DNA of 64,000 bases. Origin: Diplonema japonicum. Lineage: Eukaryota > Protista > Euglenozoa: Diplonemea. Below are positions 9,829-20,313 of the stretch, piece after piece. The notes beneath the pieces were generated by a model. That model did no database searches, was not told the origin of the DNA, and saw only the letters and a program-made list of their open reading frames with translations. The DNA lies in assembly GCA_964019335.1 (NCBI GenBank), contig OZ025653.1:682001-746000 (forward strand), written 5' to 3'. Every line of letters begins with the position of its first letter. The stretch's first letter is position 1. A program made the position numbers and the translations under genes.

Positions 9829-10735
9829 CAGTGAAAGCATCTTTTTAACGCTCCTCCCGATAGGGGGGAGCAAGACAGAAAAAGAGAGGAAGGGTGGATG
9901 GAGGATTTGTTCTTTTTCCTTCTTGCTTTCTTTCTCCCGCCTTCTTTTTTACATTTCTTTCTTGGTTCAAAGAAAGAATATTTTTCCGACAGCAAAAGAA
10001 GAAAGGGGGAGAAAAAAAAAAGAAGAAGAAAAAAGAGATTAAAAAAAAGAGATTAAACTCGATAAAATTTAAGTGTGCATGGGGGTGCTCACTGTTGATT
10101 AAAAAAGAAAAGTGGGTCACCCTCGCTAAGCAAAGCGGCTACAAATGAGAAAGAGAAGAAAAAAAGGGGGATGGGGAAGCGAAGTCGGAAACCGAATTAA
10201 AAGAAAAGGCAAAAGACCTTTCTTTTTGTTTCCTCAATCATTGATCCTCTAGTCCCTCTTTCTTCCCCTCTTCTCTGTTGGGGAAAAAACAAAGAAAGAA
10301 AAACGCCCCCACTCGAAAAAAGCAAATCGAGCGGAGAGAGAACACAGAGAGAGGAAAAGGAGGCTACTGAACTAATTAGTAACCTTTTCAAGAATTTTAT
10401 TATTTCACTTATATCCGAGATACTGTTTTTTTTCGAAAATTTGCCGCGAATTCTTTCGGCGAAATTAACGGACGGAGAGAGGATAACGGACAAGCCCGGA
10501 AAATAAACAATAGATTGAAAAGGAACTTTTTTTTCTCCTTCTTAATTAATTTTCCTTCTGCTGCTTTTCTTTTCTGCTCGCCGTGTAACCACAACGCATA
10601 GGGAGAAACTATAAAAAAGAAGGAAAAAAAAGGGGGGGGAGTAATAACCCCCGATTTTCTTGTCCCCTCTTATTTCTTCAGTGCTTCAGTGCTCATTCTT
10701 GGAGGAGGCAGGCATGAGAGCAAGGGGGTGCGGGC

Positions 10736-12051
10736 AAAAAAAAAAAAAAAAAAAAAAAAAAAGGGTGTCTTTGAAGGGAACCTGCAGTATGTGACAGGAT
10801 CGCCTAACGACAATCAACTCATCTAGTGTTTGATCCCTTCTGTCATGGTAGTGCCTTAGGCCCGTCGTAGTATCTCATCAGCAGCTTGGGCGTGAAACCA
10901 ACTAGCGAGTTGTTGAGGATGCAATGCGTTCGCATTTGTTCCTCTAGGATCGAGTGGGTGACCTTCGGGGACGCGAAGATCGGACGAGTGGAGTAACCAG
11001 TGACGGCATGGCTGTGGAGCCCTAGGGTGCGTAGTGATTGTACTGACTTCATAGTTTCTAAGACGCTGAGAATCCTGCCGAGCTTTCTCGCCCAGCACGC
11101 TACGTCTTCCCCACCCATGTGGAGCCTTTCCGTTGCAATGAGGTCGACTGCTAGTTCCGCCTTAGAAACTTGCCCGCCTTCCTCGCCCCATTTTAGGGCA
11201 TTCAGCCAGTTGAGGACAAATGGGATTAGGCCTGGGAAGTATTTCTTCTGCAGCCCATGTTCGTGGTACCAGGGGAGAGGCTTCGGGGTTAAGAGGTTCC
11301 CCGGTCGGAATGGTCTATTCCAGAAATGCTGTTTCGTGTACCTGACCTGCTTGTCGGCGTGTAGGTTCTCGAGCTTGCCTGCCACTTCTGCTAGCATCAG
11401 GTGGAGCTCCTTGACTCTCGATAGGCTGATGTCCAAGTCCGAGGTAATGATGCCGTGTACGCGGGTGCAGATTGGCCAGTTGATGTGTTCTTGCACTAGC
11501 CATTCGCGGTCGGCGTTGGCCGTTCTAAAACCGGCGTGTGCCGGGCAGTGCCAAATTGTATGCTGCAGGAGGTTGCTGGTCCCGCCCCTAATGTCGAAGG
11601 GTGCGTCACACCCAAGGCATTTCGTTCGCGTGCCATCCATGTCGCCGTAGGCTCTAGGGTGCAGTGGAAGGATGGCGCCTGTAACGGCCGCCACCTCGTT
11701 GTGTAGGACGTTCGTCTTCATCTCGTCCACTCCTGTCTCGATTCCTTTGAAAGTGTTCCGCTCTTCGGCGAGCTCGCCCCGCAGTTTTTCTTTCAACCGC
11801 GCTCTGACCTCGTGTTTCAGGTACTCTTTAATAAAGTCCTTCCATCTCGTCCCGATGTCCCGTAGCCATATTTCCGCATTACCAAATGGCCCCTTCGAAA
11901 GCGACGGCTTCCATCTCGCTCCTTTGCGTACTTGTAAGTTTCCCAGCCCGACACGAATAGGGACTTGTTCGACTGTCGTGTGCACAGGCGACCTAGGGTC
12001 GAAATGGCTTTATAGACCACCGAAGAGTAAGGGTCTAGGGTGTGTCCTTTC
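10736..12051 (-). mobile_element. 5'-truncated, frameshifted non-LTR retrotransposon, family A (3' part of ORF + 3'UTR + T27 tail)
   Basis: Zn-knuckle-like CLGC...QHTIWHC, WPIC, LNWLNALKW and VSKAELAVDL are collinear with ORF 47115..48719. KGHTLDPYSSVVY lies in a different frame (11817..12092), implying a frameshift near 11900. Confidence 0.75.
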
Positions 12052-12362
12052 AAAAAAAAAAAAAAAAAAAAAAAACTCAAAGTGCAGGACAAACCCCCTC
12101 ATGGAGGGCCGCCCTTGGGTGGGTTGGGGGGGGGGGGGGGGGGCTATCTATTTATACTCCCCTTCTGGAGCATTGCTTTCGTTCCAATCGAGGCCCTGAG
12201 CGTCTTGCGGAGTCGTGTGATGCGGTCTCGCTTGTAAGCGGCTTTCAGTTCCATCAGCTTGTCGTGCGTGGAGTGGGAAGATGGGCCTCCTGGCGAAACC
12301 CATAGCCGTCTTCCCACCTATTGCGATGAGGGACTTCACTCTCTTCTGTTCATCCGCTGGGA
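12052..12362 (-). mobile_element. Retrotransposon family B, copy 1 (short 3' fragment)
   Basis: Near-identical to 13412-13694 and 47057-47338, starting at the same A-run + CTCAAAGTGCAGGAC boundary. Confidence 0.88.
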
Positions 12363-12552
12363 GAAAAAAAAAAAAAGCAGTCAGTGGCACAAAGTATTTT
12401 TCACGAGTGTTGTGGTGCCGTCCCCTTCCGCTGAACGAATACAGAAAAACCTGTGATTTAGTAGTGATAGCAAATGAACGACACCCTTTTTCTTTTTTTT
12501 TTTTTTATCGCAGAAGTCCAAGAGGGAGTAAATTCCATTTTTCGCATAAAAT

Positions 12553-13235
12553 AATAGCTATTTACTGCCAACAAGTAATGACTTTACCGTTACCTCGAGG
12601 TCGGTAAAGCATTACTTGGCGGTAGGTAAGTGGTTTTATTTCACGACACTCTGAAATTACTTCACCACGAGGGGCACAAAGGGGTGACAAGGGCTACAAC
12701 AAGAGAGGGGTTACAAAGGTTACAATACAAGTTGTTTTTCCTCCTTTTGTTGACTTAGAGCTGCCGCTGTTGCTGGCATTGCCACTGTCACCATCTCTAA
12801 TCAGGCCTTCCCATACCTGGCGTGGCCGCTGGCTCCTTTTTTTCTGCTGCTTCGGTATTTTGAAGTCTTTTGGGGAGCTTGGGTAAGCTGACTAAGTTAC
12901 CCTTACCCACAGAACAGTTACCCACAGAAACTGGGAACAAGGCCTAGCCAAAAGTGGGCAATTGGAAGGAAAAAGTAGTCCAACTTGGAACTGAGCCGAG
13001 GCAAAAGTTGGCCAATTGAGCTGAACCTGGGGGGAAATAGCAAACTGAGAGGAAAAAGTAGCCCCACTGGGAACCGAACCGAGGTAAAAATTGGCCTACT
13101 GAGGCATATTATTTACCGGAAACCCCCTATTACTTCACGGAAAACAGGCCATTATTTCACCGTGAAGTAATGAGATTTAGCGTGAAGTAATGGGCCCCCC
13201 AGTGCGTGAAGTAATTTCTGAAGAGTGAAATAAAA
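12553..13235 (-). mobile_element. Non-coding dispersed element with asymmetric inverted repeats and terminal hairpin (Helentron/HINE-like), copy 1
   Basis: Reverse-complement match to 49157-49792; inverted repeat pair 12634-12665 / 13206-13235; about 60-bp palindrome centred on CTCGAG near 12563-12625. Confidence 0.8.
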
Positions 13236-13395
13236 GAGATAAAGGAGGCGAGCGTTTGAGGGGGGGGGGGGGGGGGGGGGAGAAGAAAAAAGGAATAAGA
13301 ATAAAATGGATCGGCTTTCTCCCCTCCCTTTTTTCTTCTTCTTCTTCTACCCAAGGCAAATTTCATTCATTCTGTTCTTCACTGCCACAGCCGGG

Positions 13396-13878
13396 AAAAA
13401 AAAAAAAAAAACTCAAAGTGCAGGACAAACCCCCTCATGGAGGGCCGCCCTTGGGTGGGTTGGGGGGGGGCTATCTATTTATACTCCCCTTCTGGAGCAT
13501 TGCTTTCGTTCCAATCGAGGCCCTGAGCGTCTTGCGGAGTCGTGTGATGCGGTCTCGCTTGTAAGCGGCTTTCAGTTCCATCAGCTTGTCGTGCGTGGAG
13601 TGGGTGGCGAAGATGGGCCTCCTGGCGAAACCCATAGCCGTCTTCCCACCTATTGCGATGAGGGACTTCACTCTCTTCCGTTCATCCGCTGGGAATTCTT
13701 CCGTGCCCTGCATGCCGCGTTCAGCTTTCTTATCAGTGCTTTGATCTTGCGAGCCTTATCTTCCAGCAGACCTCCCAATAACTTGCCTGTCGTCCATTCG
13801 AAGTCGATGGCCAATTCCACCGCTGACACTTCAGAGCTGGTGTCCTCCTTCACCCATCGTAGCTGTGACAACCACTGC
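13396..13878 (-). mobile_element. Retrotransposon family B, copy 2 (5'-truncated) with candidate TSD GCCGGG
   Basis: Matches 47057-47532; GCCGGG at 13390-13395 and 13877-13882 flanks A16 + element. Confidence 0.88.
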
Positions 13879-14197
13879 CGGGTTTGCTTTTTTTTCTTTA
13901 TCAGGCCTTTGCAAGCGAACGAATTGAGGGGAGAGGAGAGGGGGGGGGGGGGGGGGGGGGAGAGTTTTTTGTTGATAAAAGTGGCCCTGCTGCCCCATTT
14001 AGTTGTTTGGGAGCGAGATCTTCGGGGAGGGGGTTTCCCCCCCCCCCTTTTTTTTCATTCTTTTTTGTTTTTAATTCTCGCGTTTACGCAAACAAAAAAG
14101 GGACAGGAGGGATTTGGAGAGGAATAGATAAAATAGGTGTTTTTTTTTTTTCTTCTTTTTTCTTCTTTCTTTTTCTTCTTCTTTTTTTTTCGTCCCC

Positions 14198-14902
14198 TCA
14201 AATAAAATCAGGGACTTCGTCATCAAGAAGTGGTGGAGGTGCGTCTATAAAGGCAAAACAAGTTCCCATCACAGGGCGCCAATCCTTCCACTTCCCCTCC
14301 GTGTACAGGTGGGCCATACCCTTTTCGTACCACTCAGGATCCACTCCGTCACGGACCGTCTTAAGAGACCCGGGCCGGTCGGAGAACTCTCCTGAAATAA
14401 CTATATCGATAGGGGTTGCCATATTAATGATGTCAACAGCAACAGCACTACACTGCAGAAAGGGAAGCGCAGCGGCAGCCGAAGCGATATCAGAGAATTC
14501 CAACTGTATGTCATAGACCCCACAATGGCGTGACTTTTGTACTCTGACCTTTCTCAGGTACTCTATGTCGACACCCAGCCTGTCCAAGACCATCACCGCA
14601 AAGGGTTTCTTCAGGTTCCTCACGCCCTTCGGTTCATTCAACACATACACTGCAATGTGCAGCCTGTCCCTAGGCACCGCTGTTGGAATCGTCACGCTGG
14701 ATGAGCTTTTTGCTGAAAACCCGGACCCTTTCAAGATTTTGTTCATTTCCTGGACTGAGAAGGAGCTCTCCACCACAAGGAAGCCCTGCCCCACATGCCG
14801 TGCCTTCACATTGCATGCACCTCCTTTTTTCACCAACGACAGGACATGACCGTTGGCTGGTCGCTTACAGTAGATCAACACTGTGTGCGAAGGTGCATCC
14901 AT
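14198..14902 (-). CDS. Hypothetical protein, 234 aa
   Basis: ATG-started ORF of globular composition on the coding strand; no motif recognised. Confidence 0.6.
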   Translation of the reverse strand: MDAPSHTVLIYCKRPANGHVLSLVKKGGACNVKARHVGQGFLVVESSFSVQEMNKILKGSGFSAKSSSSVTIPTAVPRDRLHIAVYVLNEPKGVRNLKKPFAVMVLDRLGVDIEYLRKVRVQKSRHCGVYDIQLEFSDIASAAAALPFLQCSAVAVDIINMATPIDIVISGEFSDRPGSLKTVRDGVDPEWYEKGMAHLYTEGKWKDWRPVMGTCFAFIDAPPPLLDDEVPDFI

Positions 14903-15048
14903 ATTGTTAGAATTTAAAGGGAGGCGTGTCCCTCCCCTTTTTTTTTTTTAAATATTTACCGGCGGGGGGAAAACAATATTTCAAAAAAAAAAAAAAAAAA
15001 AAAAAAAAAAGAATATCGTGTGGCTCGAATAGAAATTTGAGCAAGGGG

Positions 15049-15325
15049 AAAAAAAAGAATATATGGGTTAAAGGAGGCCGTTGGCGGCGCCCTGCACAAG
15101 ACCGTCTACTTGATTACAGGGGGCGCACCGCGGCTAGCTTCTTCTGCGTTCCGCATCGTGTGCGTGCGGTGTACAGCTCAACCCTAGCCGGGGCGTCCCT
15201 GGTAACCAAGTCTTCTGCGTTCGTGCAGTTTGCTGCCTGTTCGTCACCCTGAGCATCTGCATTACGTTCTTCCACTCGGGCGCTACCGATGACCGACGAG
15301 GAGGTCAACAGCGAACAACACATCT
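15049..15325 (-). mobile_element. Dispersed repeat family C, copy 1 (probable retroelement 3' end)
   Basis: 15057-15141 is similar to 32057-32153, both starting A-run + GAATATATG; a minus-strand frame ends inside it (QKKLAAVRPL*). Right boundary approximate. Confidence 0.6.
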
Positions 15326-15436
15326 AATGTACTTCTTATATTTTCATGTTATCCCCACCACCTGAAAGAAAAAGTTATTATATGGCTTACGTTGGGATTT
15401 TCTTTTTTTTTTTTCTCGTTCTTTTTTTCTTTTGTT

Positions 15437-16087
15437 TCAAGCAACACAACAGCAGGAGGCGTTTTGTTCAGCCGAACTCGAGCGGTCGGGGTTCTCTTTG
15501 TTTTCTTTTTGGGGTACATTCACCTCTTTCTTCTTCTTCTTCTTCTTCTTTTTTCTTTTTTTTCTCTTCTTCCTTTTCCCTTTCTCAACACCGTCGCTTT
15601 CCTGATCAGAACACTCAACCACCATAGGAGCCACGCTTGAGAAGCCCACTTTCTGCTTGGGCAGGCTTGGAGCAGCTGCTTTGATGTTCTTCAGTTTTTC
15701 ATAATCGCCAACATAAAAGGCAGGTGCTTGCTTTACTGCGTTGCCACTAGGGTGATGCCACAGCGTGAACCTTTCGGTGGCTATCTGGCCTTCTTCGAGC
15801 TGTTTCTCAAGGATACGCCTGCCGCCAGGGTGCTTGGCCTCCTTGCGCATGAAGCTGCCGAGGTCAAACACCATCCCCCCGATCACGACCCAGTCCTTAT
15901 TCACAGCCAAGGTCTCCTTAGGGACGATGCGGCGTGCCTTCCCAGAGCTGTTCACTGCATCTTCCAATAGCTTCAGAACCTCTGCCTCCTTTGTGTTCCC
16001 TATTGGTTGCCGGTTGTCGTCTTCTACGTTCTTCTCTTCATCTTCTTCGAAAAGCTGGGTGTCTGTTGAATCACGGCGGCCTGTCAT
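15437..16087 (-). CDS. Cytochrome b5-like heme/steroid-binding domain protein, C-terminal CCCVA
   Basis: WVVIGGMVFDL, HPGG, ATERF..H and FYVGD motifs. The Lys-run segment may be an in-frame intron. Confidence 0.8.
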   Translation of the reverse strand: MTGRRDSTDTQLFEEDEEKNVEDDNRQPIGNTKEAEVLKLLEDAVNSSGKARRIVPKETLAVNKDWVVIGGMVFDLGSFMRKEAKHPGGRRILEKQLEEGQIATERFTLWHHPSGNAVKQAPAFYVGDYEKLKNIKAAAPSLPKQKVGFSSVAPMVVECSDQESDGVEKGKRKKRKKRKKKKKKKKKEVNVPQKENKENPDRSSSAEQNASCCCVA

Positions 16088-16174
16088 TTCCTGCTCGCAT
16101 AGTGGTGTCCCTCCCCTCCCCCTTCACTGGGGTTGGCGGGGAAGTTTTTTTATTTTTATTTTTTTTTTTTTCTT

Positions 16175-17299
16175 CTAAAAACTTTTTATGTTTCTCCCCA
16201 CTAGTCTGTCGACATCAGCCAAACCTGTCACATCATGCTGCTCCAGCCAAGACGCCACTGCTAGCCGTAGGTGGTTCCCGTGCTCAATGGAGGTTTTCCC
16301 CCATTCTGGAATACTCCACGGGACGTTGGATCTGCTCACCGAAGGTGGCTGCAACCCAAGCCGGATCCCCATGGGTTTACGGTGTGCAAAGGGTTTGACC
16401 AGTTCCGGTGTGGCCCCCGCGGCTAGGCGTGGGCGCTTGACTCGTTCATGCAGCCACTCATTGACGCCAGATTGGTACGGGTGCATCTCAACAGGGCGGA
16501 ACTGTTTCTTACAGATTCTCTCAATACTGACAATGGTACCGGGCACGGAGTATGTGAAGGTGCCCTCGTGGCACGGGAGTGCAATGGTCACGAAAGGGGA
16601 AGGAAGACACCCAGACACAGTGCAGCATGAAATGCAAGGGTGGTCCTCACAGAACGTTACCCTGAGTGTGTCCGGAAGGGACATCGAAGGTGGCTCCCCA
16701 ACCCACACCACACCAGGTACTTCGATTCTCAAAACCCCTGCATCGTAGCCTGGTAACGGGACGGCCTTGATGATGTATGAAGCAGCAGGGGGCAGCCTTG
16801 GCTTGATGGGTGCTTGTGACGATGGTTGCACGGGTTTCTCCATGAATGTGGGTATAAGGGGGTGTGCTTTTCTCTTTGCTTTCTTTAAAGGAACGGAAAC
16901 CTTTGGGGTGGCAGCCTCTTCTTTTTGCTCCTCTGGCTTCCCGTATGTTTGTACCAGTTTTTTTTTTCGTTTCTCCCACGTCTCGTTGTCCTTCGCCATG
17001 GCGTCTATCTCTTTCAGGAACGCTTTGTAGGCTAGTTGTTCCCATCCCTGCTGTCCCCTGCCAGCTCCTTTGCAAAAGATTCCTTGTCTCAGACGCCGTT
17101 GGATTTCCTCCCCCACGCCCTCCACGCCCTCAATGCTGTCCAAGAATACTCTGTCCAGAAGCCAGTGTTCGATATTTTCGATGCGCTCATGCTCTCCCAA
17201 TAGATCGTTTACGTCACATTTTGCCAGATGCTGATTGCATTTTTCGACGCTGCTACAAGACTTGCTGCACAGGGGGCATCGTAGGGTCCCTTCTTTCAT
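16175..17299 (-). CDS. Hypothetical protein with N-terminal C2HC zinc finger
   Basis: CPLC-x12-HLAKC; the rest is unrecognised and the 3' end may be spliced. Confidence 0.6.
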   Translation of the reverse strand: MKEGTLRCPLCSKSCSSVEKCNQHLAKCDVNDLLGEHERIENIEHWLLDRVFLDSIEGVEGVGEEIQRRLRQGIFCKGAGRGQQGWEQLAYKAFLKEIDAMAKDNETWEKRKKKLVQTYGKPEEQKEEAATPKVSVPLKKAKRKAHPLIPTFMEKPVQPSSQAPIKPRLPPAASYIIKAVPLPGYDAGVLRIEVPGVVWVGEPPSMSLPDTLRVTFCEDHPCISCCTVSGCLPSPFVTIALPCHEGTFTYSVPGTIVSIERICKKQFRPVEMHPYQSGVNEWLHERVKRPRLAAGATPELVKPFAHRKPMGIRLGLQPPSVSRSNVPWSIPEWGKTSIEHGNHLRLAVASWLEQHDVTGLADVDRLVGRNIKSF

Positions 17300-17563
17300 T
17301 TGGGAGGGTAAAAAAAAAACCCCCCCTTTTGCAGTGGATCAAATTCACGACGTGACAGATCGTACATTCAAAAAGAAATCCATAAAACATCTAGTAAAAA
17401 CGAGGGGGAGGGAGGGGGGGAACCCAGTTGAAAAAAAAAGGCCGAATCTAGATCAAGAAAAAAAAAAGAAAAAAAAAAGAAAGATCACTATGATGGAGGG
17501 GAGAGAGTGCTAGCAAACAACCCACCATAAGAAGAAGCAAAAAAGAAAGACCAATCCCTCTTT

Positions 17564-18979
17564 TCACTTCCCATCCATGAATTCGCCAATTGGCTTATCA
17601 TACGCCATGTATTTTGTCTTCTTAGCCCAATACGTATCACCGTGGCCTGCTGCCACTCGTATCTTGTAAGCCACCTGGTAGTGGTGCTGTGCCGTGTATG
17701 CTTCGCCTCTGCCGTGGTGGATCTGGGCAAGGAACTCGTTGTATTGAGCAAGCACAGGGTCGATCTTCGTAAAGATACGCTCGGCACACTTGAGGAGGGC
17801 CTCAGCCATGTTGGCGGCGAATTCGCCATCTTTGTTTACCCAGGCCTTCTGCGACCACTGGTCGAGCTTCCTGAAGCACAGGTAGTGCGTGTAGTGCATG
17901 ACATCGTCCCCCATTAACTGCGAGAGGCCTTTCCATTTGTCAGCTTTCACCACACGTAGTTTCTTTTCCGCTTCAAGGCAGTCTTGTATCCTTTCTGTTT
18001 CGAGCATCACGCCGCATTGCATGCACCGCCAGTCCTCCTCCCGCAGTCCCTCCCCGATGGGCGAGATCACCCCAACGTTCTTGTCGCACAACCAGCACTT
18101 GAACCCTCTCGCTGTGTCAAACTCATTGCACGCCGAGCAGTTACACACGAAGCCGTATCGTTCTTTCAACACCGCCTTCCTCTCCGCAGTGGGTTGGTAC
18201 CCCGAGATGTACGAGATCGATATCCGGTCGCCTGCTTGGATGTGGTGCAGAGCTCTGTACTGAACACGCGACGCCCATGCGTCATCAGGGTGGTCGAGGA
18301 ACAGGAACGTGCAGTTCGGCTTGCAGTGATGCTCTGCAAGACGGGCAAAGGGGTACACAGCAGTGTGCCCTTTACCAACATTGCACGTGATGGAGTTTGT
18401 GTCATGCGCCCTGATAATCTGCACGATGTCCTTTATGCTAAGGATGTCTTCGTACGAGGAAGGAATGCAGTCGTGGATGGCAGACGCTACCAGCGTGGTG
18501 TTCGCCAGGTCTTCCTTGTTGAGAGGTGTCACCTTCCAGTTCAGAATGTCCCATAAAAGCGATCCTGATTCACGGGTTTCTGTTTTTGCGGCTTGCAAAA
18601 AGCGTGCGATGAGCTGCCCGTACCCTTGCTCGATGGCTTTTTCGCCGTACTGAGCTTTCATCTTCACTAAGAGGCCGTGGATAGGTGTGTGGAGATACAA
18701 GTCAAGATCCCAAGGAACCTGCAGCAAAGCAGTGTCCTCTAGCACGCAGTCTCCAGGCTCGAAGTCCTGCTGTGCCACTAAATATTTACCCATCTCGTCA
18801 TCCTCGCCCACCCAGCATTTTGCCTTCTCTGTTTTGTCATCCGTGTACTCTGCGCTGAGCCACCCAGGAGGCGCTATCGGGTACATCGGTGGGATGGACT
18901 CCGTGTCGATGGTCCCTTCGTTCGTGGGCAACACCTTCGGCTTCGCCAACTGCTCCGAGAATGACAACTCCTCCGACAT
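17564..18979 (-). CDS. SET-domain lysine methyltransferase, SMYD-like
   Basis: MGKYLVAQQDFEPGD, RLAEHHCKPNC, GDRISISY, post-SET YGFVCNCSAC, TPR-like tail. Confidence 0.85.
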   Translation of the reverse strand: MSEELSFSEQLAKPKVLPTNEGTIDTESIPPMYPIAPPGWLSAEYTDDKTEKAKCWVGEDDEMGKYLVAQQDFEPGDCVLEDTALLQVPWDLDLYLHTPIHGLLVKMKAQYGEKAIEQGYGQLIARFLQAAKTETRESGSLLWDILNWKVTPLNKEDLANTTLVASAIHDCIPSSYEDILSIKDIVQIIRAHDTNSITCNVGKGHTAVYPFARLAEHHCKPNCTFLFLDHPDDAWASRVQYRALHHIQAGDRISISYISGYQPTAERKAVLKERYGFVCNCSACNEFDTARGFKCWLCDKNVGVISPIGEGLREEDWRCMQCGVMLETERIQDCLEAEKKLRVVKADKWKGLSQLMGDDVMHYTHYLCFRKLDQWSQKAWVNKDGEFAANMAEALLKCAERIFTKIDPVLAQYNEFLAQIHHGRGEAYTAQHHYQVAYKIRVAAGHGDTYWAKKTKYMAYDKPIGEFMDGK

Positions 18980-19037
18980 CTTGGCGGCCTGTGTGACAAA
19001 GGTAACAACAGAAAAGAGAAAGTTTGCAAACACTTAA

Positions 19038-19472
19038 CTATGACTTAAAGAAACCCCCACGCAACACTGCCTCGAGCCCGTGTGCACCCGCGAACCCTTC
19101 ATACCACTTCCGCTCCCTGCTGACTTTGTGCATTCTATGTAAATACAATGCGTAGCCCCCTTGAGGGCGGGACGTGTTGACATGTTCCGTACTCTGCAGC
19201 TCACGGTTGTGAAGACACAGTTTGTCGTGTGACCGGGAGCCGAGGAGGGGCATTAGGTGTGTAGTCTTTGTATCGCGAAGTTTCCTGGTGTTTCTGAAAG
19301 GCGCTGTAGTTTCGATAGGAATGGAAGGCGCCTGTGCTAAGATGGGGAGTGTTCTCTTCACTCTTCGTGGTTTGTTCCTGATCGGGTGGAGCAACTCTTC
19401 TGTGGTCACACCGAAGAACGCTTCAGTGTCGTGAGTTCGCTCTCTCCTGAAGCTAATAACATTTTCGCTCAT
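19038..19472 (-). CDS. Hypothetical basic protein, 144 aa
   Basis: ATG-started ORF filling the gap between two genes on the coding strand. Confidence 0.5.
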   Translation of the reverse strand: MSENVISFRRERTHDTEAFFGVTTEELLHPIRNKPRRVKRTLPILAQAPSIPIETTAPFRNTRKLRDTKTTHLMPLLGSRSHDKLCLHNRELQSTEHVNTSRPQGGYALYLHRMHKVSRERKWYEGFAGAHGLEAVLRGGFFKS

Positions 19473-19564
19473 ACCACATGACCCCTACAACGGTGACATG
19501 AAGGCAAAAGAGAGGGAAAAAAAGGGGGGGGGAATGAGAACAAGAACCTAAGACAAGTAATATG

Positions 19565-20212
19565 CTACAGAATAGTGCAACACAAGGTGTTGTCTCTAGG
19601 CTTCTGTGGTGTAAAATCATCCTCATCATCAGGATCCTCATCATCGGCAGCTTCTGTGATAGCGTGCGGCTTCGGAACCGATCGGTTGGAAAAGAAGGAG
19701 TCGACGGGGAGGAAAATGAGATCAAGTGAGCGAACAAACAACAACTGCCACCCCACAGGCACGCAGGCAAACATGATAATGTCCATAGGAAACCAGAAGG
19801 TTAAATTCCACATGTTGCAGTCCATAAAATCCGACTGGATAGTCTTCTTAACCTGTGTGTAGCCACCTGAAAGGAAGGCGTTCATCGACATATTTGCGAA
19901 GATATAAGGCATCTCACCAATCCAGTCCACCGCCGCCATCAGCACCAGTGTCCCGAATGTTCTTTTTGGGAACCAGTAATCCAGAAGCTTGAACCATGCA
20001 TGGAGCCATATGCCGGCAGGGATTGCGACTAAGGCGAACCTCCCTGTCCTTTGCCAATCATAGACTTGTTGTTCTTTTTCTGCAAACGCTCCTGTCTTCA
20101 TCTCGATTCCCTGGCACACCCCGTCACTAAGAGCCCACATCACGCTACTCACAGCCGCATCATACCCGAACCCCGTGACCCCTGCATGACCATGGGCAAC
20201 GGCACGCGGCAT
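19565..20212 (-). CDS. Mpv17/PMP22-family membrane protein, C-terminal CCTIL
   Basis: ALSDGVCQGIE, YDWQRTGRF, WLHAWFKLLD and FWFPMDIIMFACVP match the family pattern. Confidence 0.85.
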   Translation of the reverse strand: MPRAVAHGHAGVTGFGYDAAVSSVMWALSDGVCQGIEMKTGAFAEKEQQVYDWQRTGRFALVAIPAGIWLHAWFKLLDYWFPKRTFGTLVLMAAVDWIGEMPYIFANMSMNAFLSGGYTQVKKTIQSDFMDCNMWNLTFWFPMDIIMFACVPVGWQLLFVRSLDLIFLPVDSFFSNRSVPKPHAITEAADDEDPDDEDDFTPQKPRDNTLCCTIL

Positions 20213-20313
20213 TTATCTACAACAACAAGGTCATCTCCTGTGTGCGTATCATTGCTCGGCACATTTCAGGGGGGGAAGGGGATGGGGGAAGTAAGGTACA
20301 GGGCAGAAGGTTT

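Noticed and set aside
9603-9995. SL/PL/PF-repeat N-terminus of the USP ORF and overlapping GK/ER-repeat ORFs
   Set aside because: Translation of a stop-free hexamer microsatellite.
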